This document shows positions 36,599 to 46,804 of a DNA stretch of 64,000 bases, piece by piece. Each line of letters starts with the position of its first letter. Positions within the stretch are counted from its first letter, which is position 1. The DNA lies in the NCBI RefSeq assembly GCF_046105845.1, contig NZ_CP151004.1. One strand, written 5' to 3'. This stretch comes from Escherichia coli (GTDB lineage: Bacteria; Pseudomonadota; Gammaproteobacteria; Enterobacterales; Enterobacteriaceae). Position numbers and translations under genes: made by a program. The notes under the pieces were generated by a model. The model saw nothing but the letters and a program-made list of their open reading frames with translations, made no database searches and was not told where the DNA came from.

Positions 36599-37200
36599 GG
36601 ATTCACTCTCATTGTGTCAATAACATGGACCGCCCCGCCTTCATGCGCGGTGCCACCGGAAATAATCGTTTCGTTGATATACGGATAGATCGTGATTTCT
36701 TCGCCAAGATAGCTGGCGGCTCCCACCCAATGCGGGCCGCTGGTCTGCAGATTGATGGACATGCCGATCATGTGACGGCTACATGGTTTGGCATCGCTTA
36801 TCAGTCGCTCAAGTTCCAGATAGGTATCTTCAGTGATGCCCTGGTCCTGCACGCCGATATCCAGGCGAAACGTGCCCGGTGCCTCTCCGGTCTGCCACCA
36901 CTCAATAATGCGGATCAGAAAGCCGAACGGCTCCACCACCCGCCGCACGGCACTGGTGGTCCCTTTATGCTGATGAATATAAAAAGCATCCTTCACTACC
37001 TGGCGTTTGACGCTTTCTGTCCAGCCCTCGTCCCAGCGATCCACAGAGAACGCCCAGGCGAGATAAGGCAGGAAACTGACCGGACAGGTTGCCGGATTCC
37101 ACAAGTCACGCAGCGGCACCTGCAGATCAGAAATCCCGCTGCAGGTTTGCGCCAGTCGGCGCTCCAGTGGCGTTGAACCCGGTGGCAGCAGACTATTCAT
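36595..37200 (-). CDS. I: baseplate protein (P2 gpI-like)
   Basis: 201 aa, order J-I-H. Confidence 0.8.
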   Translation of the reverse strand: MNSLLPPGSTPLERRLAQTCSGISDLQVPLRDLWNPATCPVSFLPYLAWAFSVDRWDEGWTESVKRQVVKDAFYIHQHKGTTSAVRRVVEPFGFLIRIIEWWQTGEAPGTFRLDIGVQDQGITEDTYLELERLISDAKPCSRHMIGMSINLQTSGPHWVGAASYLGEEITIYPYINETIISGGTAHEGGAVHVIDTMRVNP

Positions 37201-38101
37201 CCGTTCCTCCGTTGGTTACGCTCCACTGCGTACATGATGCCGCCTGTGTTTTGTTCAGGACCACATCCGCCAGAGGAGAAGCCAGCTCCACACGCTGCAC
37301 ACCCTCAACATGCAGGGCGGCAAAGATGGCGCTACGGCGAATATCCCGACCAAGACGCGTCTGACTGGCGATGTACTTCTGCAGGCTGGCTTTTGCCGCT
37401 GCCATTACCGGCTCTGCTTCCGGTCCCGGATAGAGAAAAATGGTGGCTTCCACGCGATACGGGATGATTTCTGCGCTGCGAACCGTCAGACGGTCAGCCA
37501 CCGGGCGGAAGTTCTCACTGTTCAGAGCTTTTTCCACCACGTCCAGCAGGTCTTTTTCTGCAGTTCCATCGCCTTCGCGGCTAAGGACAGTCAGCACCAC
37601 CTCTGCAGGTGCCGGGCTGGTTGCACTGGCATCCGCCACCCGACCGTCGGCGCTTCGGGCATGAAATTCATAAGCTGCAGTTGGCCCCGCAACAGAAAGC
37701 CCTTCAAAGGCTGCAGGCACACGCAGGCGTAACGCTTCATCGCTTTCCATCACAGCCGCAATGGGTGGCACAGCGTCATTATCAGCAGGCGTCACCGTCA
37801 GGCGTTTCACGTTGTAGTTGGCAGCGAGCTGGTCAAGATCGCCGCCCATCGCGTAAGCCACCATCACAGCCTGCGCGGCTTCGTTAATGCGCTGGCGCAG
37901 AAGCAACTCACGGTAAGCGTTCTCCTGCAGCAATTTGGTGACGGGTTCAGATTCCAGTTCCAGCGTGCGGATCACTGCTTCCTGCTCATCTTTCGGATGA
38001 AGCGCAACAAATTCGGCCTTGCGTTCGGCAAGCAGCGTCTCAAAGTCCGGCACATCCACAATCTGCGGCGCAGGCAACTGCGAAAGGTCAATCACTGCCA
38101 T
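37193..38101 (-). CDS. J: baseplate assembly protein (P2 gpJ-like)
   Basis: ORF 37193-38140; start MAVIDLSQLPAPQIV, cf. P2 J MPIIDLNQLPAP. Confidence 0.85.
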   Translation of the reverse strand: MAVIDLSQLPAPQIVDVPDFETLLAERKAEFVALHPKDEQEAVIRTLELESEPVTKLLQENAYRELLLRQRINEAAQAVMVAYAMGGDLDQLAANYNVKRLTVTPADNDAVPPIAAVMESDEALRLRVPAAFEGLSVAGPTAAYEFHARSADGRVADASATSPAPAEVVLTVLSREGDGTAEKDLLDVVEKALNSENFRPVADRLTVRSAEIIPYRVEATIFLYPGPEAEPVMAAAKASLQKYIASQTRLGRDIRRSAIFAALHVEGVQRVELASPLADVVLNKTQAASCTQWSVTNGGTDE

Positions 38102-38447
38102 TCTCTGCTCCTGTTGATACGGAAAGGGAAACAGGCACACCGTTATTACGCCGCCCGGTCAGCTCCACCACCATTGAACCGTCAAAATTGCTGTTAATGG
38201 TGATGGAATCCAGCGTCAGCCGTGGCTCCCAGCGACTCAGCGCCACATACACTGCCGACATGACCTGCAGGCGTAATGCCGGATTTTGTGGCTGGTCTAT
38301 CAGTGCCGACAGCAGGGAACCATATTCCCGACGGGCAATGCGGCTACCCTGCGGCGTCAGCAAAATGTCCCGCACCGACTGGCGCAGATGGTCAATATCA
38401 GTAATGGCTTTACCGCTGGTATTGTTCATCCCGCTATAAAGCGTCAT
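38088..38447 (-). CDS. W: baseplate wedge protein (P2 gpW-like)
   Basis: 119 aa, order V-W-J. Confidence 0.8.
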   Translation of the reverse strand: MTLYSGMNNTSGKAITDIDHLRQSVRDILLTPQGSRIARREYGSLLSALIDQPQNPALRLQVMSAVYVALSRWEPRLTLDSITINSNFDGSMVVELTGRRNNGVPVSLSVSTGAENGSD

Positions 38448-39022
38448 ACCGGGCCTCCGGTTGTATCGCCGCCTTTCAGGACGCCAGTATGCTGATGCGC
38501 ATCAACCACGATCCCGTTAGAACTCATCGCTCCGCCGCCCTGAGTAACGCCACCATTGACCACCACTTCGCTGTTAATACGCGTGCACTCAGCCTCCAGC
38601 ACAAACTCACTGGTTTTCAGGGTGATGTTATCGGCAGCCTCAATGACCATGGATTTGATGCCCCTGACATACCAGCGCCCGGTGGCAGGTTCGTATTCAA
38701 ACCAGCCACCGTCAGGATGTTCTGTCACGCAGGCGTCCGCCGACGTCGACGGTGGTGCGAACTGATTCGAATAGATGGCGGGCAGCGCAAAAGCTGTTTC
38801 CAGATTACCGCCCATACTCAGCAGCACCACCTGCTCACCTTCCGATGGTCGCCACCATGTCCGGGCATTCCCGGCACGCAGCGTCAGCCAGCTGATCCAG
38901 TTGGTTTCAAGGTCGCCCGTTTTCACCCGGCAAAGCCAGTTTGTCCTGTCCACTTCGGTGACTACCCCAGTGCGGATCAGGTTGGTGATAAGGCGCATGA
39001 TTTCGGTTAATTGTGCGTTCAT
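38444..39022 (-). CDS. V: baseplate spike/assembly protein (P2 gpV-like)
   Basis: 192 aa. Confidence 0.8.
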   Translation of the reverse strand: MNAQLTEIMRLITNLIRTGVVTEVDRTNWLCRVKTGDLETNWISWLTLRAGNARTWWRPSEGEQVVLLSMGGNLETAFALPAIYSNQFAPPSTSADACVTEHPDGGWFEYEPATGRWYVRGIKSMVIEAADNITLKTSEFVLEAECTRINSEVVVNGGVTQGGGAMSSNGIVVDAHQHTGVLKGGDTTGGPV

Positions 39023-39090
39023 AGTGAAAGGTTGCCATCAGGGGAAGAAAGGCGGCAGTGCTGCAACTTGTATCAGTGCTGATACAAAAA

Positions 39091-39537
39091 TCACCCCGCC
39101 AGCCATTGCAGAATCATGTCGCGGGTCATTGCCTCAACATCATCATTTACACCCAGAAGGCGACGCTCTGCGTAACGGACCTCCGGTCCTTTGCGGCTGA
39201 CGCGATCACGTAAGCCGTAGTGATGAACACGGGCAATGCGCTGTACCTTGCCTTCAAACTGCACGCTGGCAGAGTCGGCGCTGGCGGAAGTTTTCAGGTA
39301 TTTTGTGGTGCGCAGCTTTGCAAACATCTGACGTTTGATACGGCCTTTTTTACTGCGTGCTGTTACCCGTCGCGGTTCATAACTGCTGCCATCTGGATTG
39401 CGCTGCATTCTGATATTTTGCTGCTGTGTCCGGCGTAGTTCCTGCGCCAGCTGGCGCATCATGCGGCTTCTTGCGGCTGGCTCCAGATTCGCCAGCAAGG
39501 CACTCAGCCAGTCGTCCACTTTCTGCAGTTCAGCCAC
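39091..39537 (-). CDS. S: tail completion protein (P2 gpS-like)
   Basis: 148 aa. Confidence 0.8.
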   Translation of the reverse strand: MAELQKVDDWLSALLANLEPAARSRMMRQLAQELRRTQQQNIRMQRNPDGSSYEPRRVTARSKKGRIKRQMFAKLRTTKYLKTSASADSASVQFEGKVQRIARVHHYGLRDRVSRKGPEVRYAERRLLGVNDDVEAMTRDMILQWLAG

Positions 39538-39982
39538 GTTTCACCGTCCACATTTCTTCAGGTTCATCAGGTTCCGCTATAGCTTCAACGCTCGACACAC
39601 TGCCGTCAGTGCTGACCAGCACACGCTCCGTCAGTTGCAGGTTGAGGCTGATATCACAGACATCGTTGCGCAGAATATCCACCTCAAAGGTGAATAGCTT
39701 TTCCCGTAACGCCGGGTTATTGATGGCATCGGGCTGGTTATCACGCAGCCACAGCAAAACCGGGGCCATCAGCAGATTCTGGTCGCCGCTGAAATCCTCA
39801 ATCACCACGTTCAGGGTGTAGCGGTACTCCCATGACATGGAGCTGGCCCCCGTGGCAACCAGCGAACCGTTATCCACAAACAGATGCAGTTTGTCCGGGT
39901 TATTTCGGACATAAGGCACCGCTTTATTGAGGGCGTGGCGCAGGGATTGTGGTTTGTTCACTGTTTCGCTCCTGACACGCAA
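39530..39982 (-). CDS. R: tail completion protein (P2 gpR-like)
   Basis: 150 aa. Confidence 0.8.
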   Translation of the reverse strand: MRVRSETVNKPQSLRHALNKAVPYVRNNPDKLHLFVDNGSLVATGASSMSWEYRYTLNVVIEDFSGDQNLLMAPVLLWLRDNQPDAINNPALREKLFTFEVDILRNDVCDISLNLQLTERVLVSTDGSVSSVEAIAEPDEPEEMWTVKRG

Positions 39983-40214
39983 TAATCATGTCCACTTTGT
40001 CTGCACAGACCGCCCAGGCGGCCTCCGTTTCATCCAGCAACTCGTTCAGGTCACCGTTAGTGCGCGGCGCTGCCTGCCCCAGCCGACACGGCGTCACTCG
40101 CGGACAACCACTGACGGTAAGCTGCACCTCCGGTGAGTGCCGGACGTTCCCGCAGCCGGATAATGTCAGCAGGCAAAGGAGTATCAGCCCAGCGGCGTAA
40201 ATCCTCGTTCTCAC
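39924..40214 (-). CDS. lysC: outer-membrane lipoprotein spanin (LysC/Rz1-like)
   Basis: Lipobox LLTLSGC; starts within lysB in another frame and runs past its end. Confidence 0.65.
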   Translation of the reverse strand: MRTRIYAAGLILLCLLTLSGCGNVRHSPEVQLTVSGCPRVTPCRLGQAAPRTNGDLNELLDETEAAWAVCADKVDMIIACQERNSEQTTIPAPRPQ

Positions 40215-40485
40215 GTTTCAGTTCCTCGATCCGGCGTTGTCGTTGTCTCAGCTGTGCGCTGGTCTGTTCTGCTTCGGCATAGAGCCGCGCCTGCTCCCGG
40301 TTATTGGTTTCAGTCAGAATGGACAGGCTGATAAGCTGGCTGTTGCTCTTTGCCAGTGCCTGGCTTTTGCTCTGCAGCTCGTCTGCCTGCGTGCTGATGG
40401 TCTGGCTGGCATCAGCCAGCCGCCACGTCTGCCAGCCCAGCGCCGCCAGTAATAACGCCAGCACAACCAGCAGCAACCGGTTCAT
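40057..40485 (-). CDS. lysB: inner-membrane spanin (LysB/Rz-like)
   Basis: N-terminal TM helix then coiled coil. Confidence 0.75.
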   Translation of the reverse strand: MNRLLLVVLALLLAALGWQTWRLADASQTISTQADELQSKSQALAKSNSQLISLSILTETNNREQARLYAEAEQTSAQLRQRQRRIEELKRENEDLRRWADTPLPADIIRLRERPALTGGAAYRQWLSASDAVSAGAGSAAH

Positions 40486-40859
40486 GCTGCTACCTGTTGC
40501 GCCATCTGATTACGGGTGATCCAGAAGGCAATAACGGTCAGTAGATAAAAGACCAGGGTAATAGCCCACCCCGTCCAGGCGAGACTTACAACAATCAGCA
40601 ATCGCATCACCCAACTGGTAAATACGTTTTCTTTTCGGGTAATTGTCTTCAGCAAAGATGCCCTTAACTCCTGCCAGAGCGGGCCATTCTTAATTAACGC
40701 AGCCAGTGCTACCGGAATTACCGCCCATGTCAGCAAACAGGCTACCCAAACGCCGGACGCTGCCAGTACCGGAAAAATCCCCTGCGGATACACCATTGCT
40801 GCGATTAACAGCGCCATCCATAACATCAGAAACAGTCCGCTGATTAATTTCTTTTTCAT
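40482..40859 (-). CDS. lysA: lysis timing membrane protein (LysA-like)
   Basis: ORF 40482-40931; several TM segments; start assumed at MKKKLISGLF. Confidence 0.65.
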   Translation of the reverse strand: MKKKLISGLFLMLWMALLIAAMVYPQGIFPVLAASGVWVACLLTWAVIPVALAALIKNGPLWQELRASLLKTITRKENVFTSWVMRLLIVVSLAWTGWAITLVFYLLTVIAFWITRNQMAQQVAA

Positions 40860-40860
40860 T

Positions 40861-41373
40861 TCAGTTTGCTCCCTGTAAGCACCAGGCCATCTCCCGCGCA
40901 CGGCGGTTATCCAGCCCCTGATTAAAAACACCTTTCACATAAACCCAGCGCGGCAACTGTCGGCACGCATCTGCCCAGCGCCGCTGATTGAGTAATTTCA
41001 CCAGCGTGGAACTGCAGGCATTGCCCGTTCCCACGTTGAAGGCAAACGACACCGCAGCGTCATACACCTTCTGCGGCGGCTGTTGCTTCACACACCTTTC
41101 CAGCGCCCGCTCCACACGCAGCACGTTGGAGATCAGCCCTTCTGCTGCCTGTCGCTCCGTAATGGTTTTGCCGGGAATGACGCCTGACGTATTACCAATG
41201 CCGTCGGTCCAGACACCCGCGCTGCACTGATACGGCTGCAGACGACAACCTTCGTAATCAGCAATCAGTTTCAGCCCCTCCACGGAGGTGTGAAGCTGCT
41301 GAAAACCCGGCAGCGTGGCAGCAATAGCCAGCACGGCCCCGACAAGGCAGCGTTTAACGATTGATGGATTCAT
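40861..41373 (-). CDS. K: endolysin (P2 gpK-like lysozyme)
   Basis: 170 aa. Confidence 0.8.
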   Translation of the reverse strand: MNPSIVKRCLVGAVLAIAATLPGFQQLHTSVEGLKLIADYEGCRLQPYQCSAGVWTDGIGNTSGVIPGKTITERQAAEGLISNVLRVERALERCVKQQPPQKVYDAAVSFAFNVGTGNACSSTLVKLLNQRRWADACRQLPRWVYVKGVFNQGLDNRRAREMAWCLQGAN

Positions 41374-41569
41374 AGTCCTCCCGCGTGATCTGCCCGTCGC
41401 GCAGAAGCTGGTAGGCTTTGTGTTTGTAGTACCAGTTGATAGCCAGCATCAGCACACCAATCATCAGGCCGCCCAGCGTTGAGGCATCCTTGATGGACAA
41501 ATCGCCCAGCCAGGCCAGCACAACGGCGATGCAGTACGTGATAAAGGCGCTGATTCGCTCAAGCGTCAT
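41354..41569 (-). CDS. Y: holin (P2 gpY-like)
   Basis: 71 aa with hydrophobic helices. Confidence 0.75.
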   Translation of the reverse strand: MTLERISAFITYCIAVVLAWLGDLSIKDASTLGGLMIGVLMLAINWYYKHKAYQLLRDGQITREDYESINR

Positions 41570-41572
41570 AAT

Positions 41573-41776
41573 TCAGTCCCATAGCTGGACGGTCTGCACG
41601 GTGGTGGTAGTCGGAATGTCCGGCAGCTCCACCTGCAGCCCGTGAGGTAAAAAGGGGCCGTATTCGGCAAGCCCCGGATTTGCCTTCAGTACCTGCTCCG
41701 TGACACCCTGCGTGCGCCCGTAATGACGCCAGCAAAGCGCGTCCACCGTGTCATACTGATGCGCACGCACTTTCAT
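41573..41776 (-). CDS. X: tail protein (P2 gpX-like)
   Basis: 67 aa, MKVRAHQYDTVDALCWRHYG. Confidence 0.75.
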   Translation of the reverse strand: MKVRAHQYDTVDALCWRHYGRTQGVTEQVLKANPGLAEYGPFLPHGLQVELPDIPTTTTVQTVQLWD

Positions 41777-42303
41777 CAGATAAGCTCCACTGTGCAGTGC
41801 GGCGCGTCCTGTACCCGGCTGATGGCCCAGCGGGCGTCACGCCATAAATTACCGCTGGCTTCTGCCAGTTCTTCGCCCCGCTTCACACCGGATGCCGTGG
41901 CGTCATAGTCCTGGTAACGTTCGTTGAGCATGGCGCGTGCCCAGCAGTAAACCGCGTTGAAATAGTGCTGAATGCGCTCGCTTTTGCCGTCCAGATGTTC
42001 TGCCGGAACCTCTGCCAGCGAGGCATACCCCAGCATCTGCTGGCGTCTGCGAAACTCATACAGCTCTGCGTTGACCTCCGAAATTGCCGACAGCGCAACC
42101 TGCTTTAAACGCGGCTGCGTCACCGTGCCATCAGTGCGCATCACGCTGCGAAACTCCGACAGGTCCACATCAGGCCAGAACGGCGTATTTCTGATGATTT
42201 CCGCCTGTTCCGGTGCCTGTTCTGGCGCAACAAACTTCATGCTGCTTTCTCCTGAAATAAAGGGCGGTGGACGGGGTTTTGATGTGGCAGTGCCTTTCGC
42301 CAC
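41776..42303 (-). CDS. L: head completion protein (P2 gpL-like); start uncertain
   Basis: WRDARWAISRVQDAPHCTVELI C-terminus, cf. P2 L WRDMRWAVARIQGKPRCIV. Confidence 0.8.
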   Translation of the reverse strand: MAKGTATSKPRPPPFISGESSMKFVAPEQAPEQAEIIRNTPFWPDVDLSEFRSVMRTDGTVTQPRLKQVALSAISEVNAELYEFRRRQQMLGYASLAEVPAEHLDGKSERIQHYFNAVYCWARAMLNERYQDYDATASGVKRGEELAEASGNLWRDARWAISRVQDAPHCTVELI

Positions 42304-42335
42304 CCCGTGCCGCCCGTGCGCGGGGGCACGTTCTG

Positions 42336-42986
42336 TCAGCGGCTGTCATTGCGCAGTCTGCGCTCCAGCTGCTGTTTGTCTTTTTTCACGCCACAGCGGG
42401 GATCGAGCTGTAACGCATGGTTGAGATGATTAAGGGCGGAAGCCGGATTGCTTTCACTCAGAACAGCGCCAATCGCTTTATGCAGACGCGCCCGTGACTG
42501 GTCCGGCATATCCAGACCGTCTGTCAGCTCCAGCGTCTGCAGCAACAGATCGGCATCAAAGCCGGTGGCGGCAAGCATTGCGCTCTGCGCTGCATCTGCC
42601 ATTTCCTCTGCCAGCACGGTCTGCACATTGCGGTTACCCAGCGGCATCACCCAGCCATGACGCAGGGCATGACGCCCGATCTCCAGCGCCCCGGCATAAT
42701 CTCCGGCATCAATACGCCACAGCATCACGTACATCAGCACGTCATCCTGTTGAGCGCCTCCGGCAGCCAGAACACCCTCCGCCCAGGCGGCGTACTTCGG
42801 CAGCAGCTCCACTTTGATTTCCGCTTTTTTGACCGTGGACTGAACGCCCTTGAGACGGCGTCGGTCTTCCGCCAGTTGCAGCAGCATCAGGTCATAGCCC
42901 GACGCGTGGCGAACGCTGCCGCCCTCGCGGGCGGCCTGTTCAGCCTGAACGCGCAGGCGATGCTGCCGTGCGGGACTCAGGCTCAT
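42336..42986 (-). CDS. M: terminase small/endonuclease subunit (P2 gpM-like)
   Basis: GAQQDDVLMYVMLWRIDAGDYAGALEI, cf. P2 M. Confidence 0.85.
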   Translation of the reverse strand: MSLSPARQHRLRVQAEQAAREGGSVRHASGYDLMLLQLAEDRRRLKGVQSTVKKAEIKVELLPKYAAWAEGVLAAGGAQQDDVLMYVMLWRIDAGDYAGALEIGRHALRHGWVMPLGNRNVQTVLAEEMADAAQSAMLAATGFDADLLLQTLELTDGLDMPDQSRARLHKAIGAVLSESNPASALNHLNHALQLDPRCGVKKDKQQLERRLRNDSR

Positions 42987-42989
42987 GGT

Positions 42990-44045
42990 TTATGCTCCGG
43001 CTTCTACGGCGACGCTGAAGTCGCCAATCTGGATGTTTTCCACCAGTGCTGCGCAGCGGTAGTCCTCAACCACATAGGCTTCGTTAACGGATTCAAAGTT
43101 TTCAATCCGGTCACGTTTCGGGTTGTCGATAACTGAACGGCGGCGGGTGTCTTCCTGCCAGTAGATGGACAGGTTATCCAGACGGGTGATCAGCAGCGCA
43201 TTCGGCGGGAAGAACGGCGCACGCACGGCCTGCAGGCCACCCATGCGTTTCTGGCTGATGATCATATCGGCAGCCAGTTTTTCACTGTTTTCCTGCTCTT
43301 TGTTGACCAGCGGGAAATACTTGTCAGACAACAGTTCACGACCGCAAATCACCACCAGATCGTCATCGTCCTGGTAGACCACGTCGATAAGCTCATTGAC
43401 GGCATCCATCACCACAGCGTCCAGGTTGGCATATTCGCCACCTTTCCCGACTTTCACCGCACCCGGTGTGGTTTCACCGCCCGTGGTGGTGCTGCCCATG
43501 ACGTGATCCGGTGCATCCTCACGGATTTTCTGCAGCCAGCCTTTATTCACATCCTGCAGCAGTGGGTTTTCGCTACGGTTTGAGGTTTTCGCACGCTTCA
43601 CGCCGTTAAAGCCGATCATGATGCGGTCCAGTGCCTGACGTTTCACGATCGCGTCACGAATACGCACCTGGAAATCCTGAAACTTCGCCCACAGGTCCAG
43701 CTTCGCGTAGGTCAGCACCGTGTCAAAGTTGGTCTGCTCGCATTTGTATTCCACATCGACCATCAGCGTCGGATCGACAGGCTCACGCTCTTTTGCGGTG
43801 GTATCAGTGGTTCCGGCAATGGTGCTGCCAACACCCAGCCCCAGCAGCTGACCAGACTGCTCGGTCACTGGCGTGACGTTAATCAGCGTAAGGAAAGCGG
43901 CGGATTGCTGGATCTGGTCTTCCAGCGTCTGCTGCACAGACGGCTCCACGGTGAACTTGCTGGACAGTTCTTCAACTGCCACACCGTTCAGACGCGCCAG
44001 CTGCTGCAGGTAAGCGTTAAAAGCAAAGCGGGTTTTCTTCTTCAT
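42990..44045 (-). CDS. N: major capsid protein (P2 gpN-like)
   Basis: 351 aa; KTRFAFNAYLQQLARLNG, cf. P2 N ETRFKFNAYLSRVAELNG. Confidence 0.9.
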   Translation of the reverse strand: MKKKTRFAFNAYLQQLARLNGVAVEELSSKFTVEPSVQQTLEDQIQQSAAFLTLINVTPVTEQSGQLLGLGVGSTIAGTTDTTAKEREPVDPTLMVDVEYKCEQTNFDTVLTYAKLDLWAKFQDFQVRIRDAIVKRQALDRIMIGFNGVKRAKTSNRSENPLLQDVNKGWLQKIREDAPDHVMGSTTTGGETTPGAVKVGKGGEYANLDAVVMDAVNELIDVVYQDDDDLVVICGRELLSDKYFPLVNKEQENSEKLAADMIISQKRMGGLQAVRAPFFPPNALLITRLDNLSIYWQEDTRRRSVIDNPKRDRIENFESVNEAYVVEDYRCAALVENIQIGDFSVAVEAGA

Positions 44046-44061
44046 CGGGTTTTGTGCTCCA

Positions 44062-44895
44062 TCAGCAATTGGTCAGAGTGTCAGCGGGGGCGTTACCGCC
44101 TGTTGCACGCTGGCGGTAGTCCTGGCGGCTGTCTTCATGACTCAGCTTGTCCACCAGTTCGTTAAAGGCGGTTTGCTGTGCCTGCAGGGCAGTCTCCAGC
44201 TCAGACAGGCGTTCTTCCTGCTCAGACAGGGATTTTTCGGTGCGTGCGCTCAGGTTCTGCTGCTCAGTGGCGACCAGCTCCACGGCCTTATGCACATCAG
44301 AGAACCGGGCGTCATCGGACTGCTCTTTTTTGGTAAACAGCGCCGTGACACGGGCAAACAGGGACGGTTTGTCGTCCTGGATTTCTTCCAGTTCGATCAC
44401 CGTTTCCTCTGCAGCGGTAAAGAGATTGGCAGGATTCTGCTTGCGGTTTGCCAGTGGGTTATGGGCTGCACTGGCGCTGAATGTCAGCATTTCCGTACCC
44501 AGACTGGCAGGGTCATCAGTGGCAGCCAGGCCGACCAGGTAGGCTTTGCCCGTATCAGCGAACTTCGGGCTGACTTCCATAGAGGTGAATAATTTCTGGC
44601 CTTTTTTCACCAGTTCCACCAGGGACTCCGTTGGCTCAACGTCAGCATACAGCGCCATCTTGCCTGCCAGCGGACCTTCCGTGATTTCTTCAGCAAACAG
44701 CGCCGTCACCTTGCCGTAGCGGTTAAAGGTGCTGTCCGGCAGATAAGACTTGATGTGCTCAAGGTTAATCAGCGCGGTATACACCGCCGGGTTATAGCTG
44801 GCTGCCATCTGTTCCAGCCATTCACGCTGGATTTCGCGTCCGTCGGTGGTGGCACCTTCCACCCCGATGCGAAAACGCTTTGCTTTCACTGTCAT
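44062..44895 (-). CDS. O: capsid scaffolding protein (P2 gpO-like)
   Basis: 277 aa. Confidence 0.85.
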   Translation of the reverse strand: MTVKAKRFRIGVEGATTDGREIQREWLEQMAASYNPAVYTALINLEHIKSYLPDSTFNRYGKVTALFAEEITEGPLAGKMALYADVEPTESLVELVKKGQKLFTSMEVSPKFADTGKAYLVGLAATDDPASLGTEMLTFSASAAHNPLANRKQNPANLFTAAEETVIELEEIQDDKPSLFARVTALFTKKEQSDDARFSDVHKAVELVATEQQNLSARTEKSLSEQEERLSELETALQAQQTAFNELVDKLSHEDSRQDYRQRATGGNAPADTLTNC

Positions 44896-45037
44896 GAGCC
44901 GTGCTCCGTTAGAAAAAACTTACTGGAGCCTTATGGTTGCGGTGATAGGGGCAGTGAAACAATGCGCGGTATTTGTACCGACAACCACACAAACCGCAGG
45001 CGGGGAAAGCCTTCATTCAAGGCTGTAGGTTTGTGCC

Positions 45038-46804
45038 ATGAACACCACACTAACACCCGCAGATCTCGATCCCCGTCGGCAGGCCATGCTGCTGTACTTT
45101 CAGGGATACCGCGTAGCCCGCATTGCTGAAATGCTGGGCGAGAAAGTTGCAACCGTTCACAGCTGGAAAAAACGCGACAAGTGGAGTGACTATGGGCCGC
45201 TGGATCAGATGCAGCTCACCACCGCCGCACGCTACTGCCAGCTCATTATGAAGGAGCACAAAGAAGGGAAAGATTTCAAAGAGATTGACCTGCTGGCGCG
45301 CCAGTCGGAGCGCCATGCGCGGATCGGCAAGTTTAACAATGGCGGCAACGAAGCCGACTTAAACCCTAACGTTGCCAACCGCAACAAAGGCCCGCGCCGT
45401 CAGCCGGAAAAGAACGTTTTCACCGATGAACAGATTGAGAAGCTGGAAGAAATCTTCCATTCCTCCATGTTCAACTACCAGCGCCACTGGTGGGAAGCCG
45501 GAAAAACCAACCGCATCCGCAACCTGCTGAAGTCACGCCAGATCGGCGCGACCTTCTATTTTGCCCGTGAAGCCCTGATTGACGCCCTGCTAACCGGGCG
45601 TAACCAGATTTTCCTTTCCGCCAGCAAGGCACAGGCCCACGTCTTTAAGCAGTACATCATCGACTTCGCCAAAGAAGTGGAGGTGGAGCTGAAAGGCGAT
45701 CCGATGGTGCTTCCTAACGGGGCCACGCTGTACTTCCTCGGCACCAATGCCCGCACGGCCCAGAGTTACCACGGCAACCTGTATCTGGATGAATATTTCT
45801 GGATACCGAAATTCCAGGAGCTGCGCAAAGTGGCTTCCGGTATGGCTATTCACAAGAAATGGCGACAGACCTATTTTTCCACGCCATCCAGTCTGACACA
45901 CAGTGCTTATCCGTTCTGGTCCGGTGCGCTGTTCAACCGTGGGCGCAACAGAGCCGATAAGGTGGACATCGACCTGTCCCACAGCAATCTGGCCCCCGGC
46001 CTGCTGTGCGCAGACGGGCAATACCGCCAGATAGTCACCGTGGAAGATGCGGTGCGCGGCGGCTGTAACCTGTTCGACCTTGACCAGTTGCGCATGGAGT
46101 ACAGCCCTGACGAATACCAGAACTTGCTGATGTGCGAGTTCGTGGACGATCTCGCGTCCGTGTTCCCGCTCAGCGAATTGCAGGCGTGCATGGTGGACAG
46201 CTGGGAAGTCTGGACCGACTTTCATGCACTGGCCCTGCGCCCGTTTGGCTGGCGCGAAGTGTGGATCGGTTATGACCCGGCAAAAGGTACGCAGAACGGC
46301 GACAGCGCCGGATGCGTGGTGGTGGCACCGCCAGCCGTGCCAGGCGGTAAGTTCCGCATTCTTGAGCGTCACCAGTGGCGCGGAATGGACTTTCGCGCCC
46401 AGGCTGACGCCATCAAAAAACTGACCGAACAGTACAACGTGACCTATATCGGCATCGACTCAACCGGCGTTGGTCACGGGGTTTACGAGAACGTGAAAGC
46501 GTTTTTTCCTGCCGTCCGGGAGTTTGTCTACAACCCCAACGTTAAAAACGCCCTGGTACTCAAGGCCTACGACATTATCAGCCACCGCCGTCTTGAGTTT
46601 GACGCCGGGCACACCGACATTGCGCAGTCATTCATGGCAATCCGTCGCGCCACCACCGCCAGCGGCAACCGCCCGACCTATGAAGCCAGCCGCAGCGAAG
46701 AAGCCAGCCATGCCGATCTGGCCTGGGCAACAATGCACGCACTGTTTAACGAACCACTGCAGGGCGAGTCCGCCAATACCAGCAATATTGTGGAGATTTT
46801 TTGA
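45038..46804 (+). CDS. P: terminase large (ATPase) subunit (P2 gpP-like)
   Basis: 588 aa, divergent from O. Confidence 0.9.
   Translation: MNTTLTPADLDPRRQAMLLYFQGYRVARIAEMLGEKVATVHSWKKRDKWSDYGPLDQMQLTTAARYCQLIMKEHKEGKDFKEIDLLARQSERHARIGKFNNGGNEADLNPNVANRNKGPRRQPEKNVFTDEQIEKLEEIFHSSMFNYQRHWWEAGKTNRIRNLLKSRQIGATFYFAREALIDALLTGRNQIFLSASKAQAHVFKQYIIDFAKEVEVELKGDPMVLPNGATLYFLGTNARTAQSYHGNLYLDEYFWIPKFQELRKVASGMAIHKKWRQTYFSTPSSLTHSAYPFWSGALFNRGRNRADKVDIDLSHSNLAPGLLCADGQYRQIVTVEDAVRGGCNLFDLDQLRMEYSPDEYQNLLMCEFVDDLASVFPLSELQACMVDSWEVWTDFHALALRPFGWREVWIGYDPAKGTQNGDSAGCVVVAPPAVPGGKFRILERHQWRGMDFRAQADAIKKLTEQYNVTYIGIDSTGVGHGVYENVKAFFPAVREFVYNPNVKNALVLKAYDIISHRRLEFDAGHTDIAQSFMAIRRATTASGNRPTYEASRSEEASHADLAWATMHALFNEPLQGESANTSNIVEIF

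Noticed and set aside
45590-46372. 260-aa minus-strand ORF inside terminase gene P, and 51411-52151 inside gene A
   Set aside because: Antisense to conserved phage genes, no RBS or motif support
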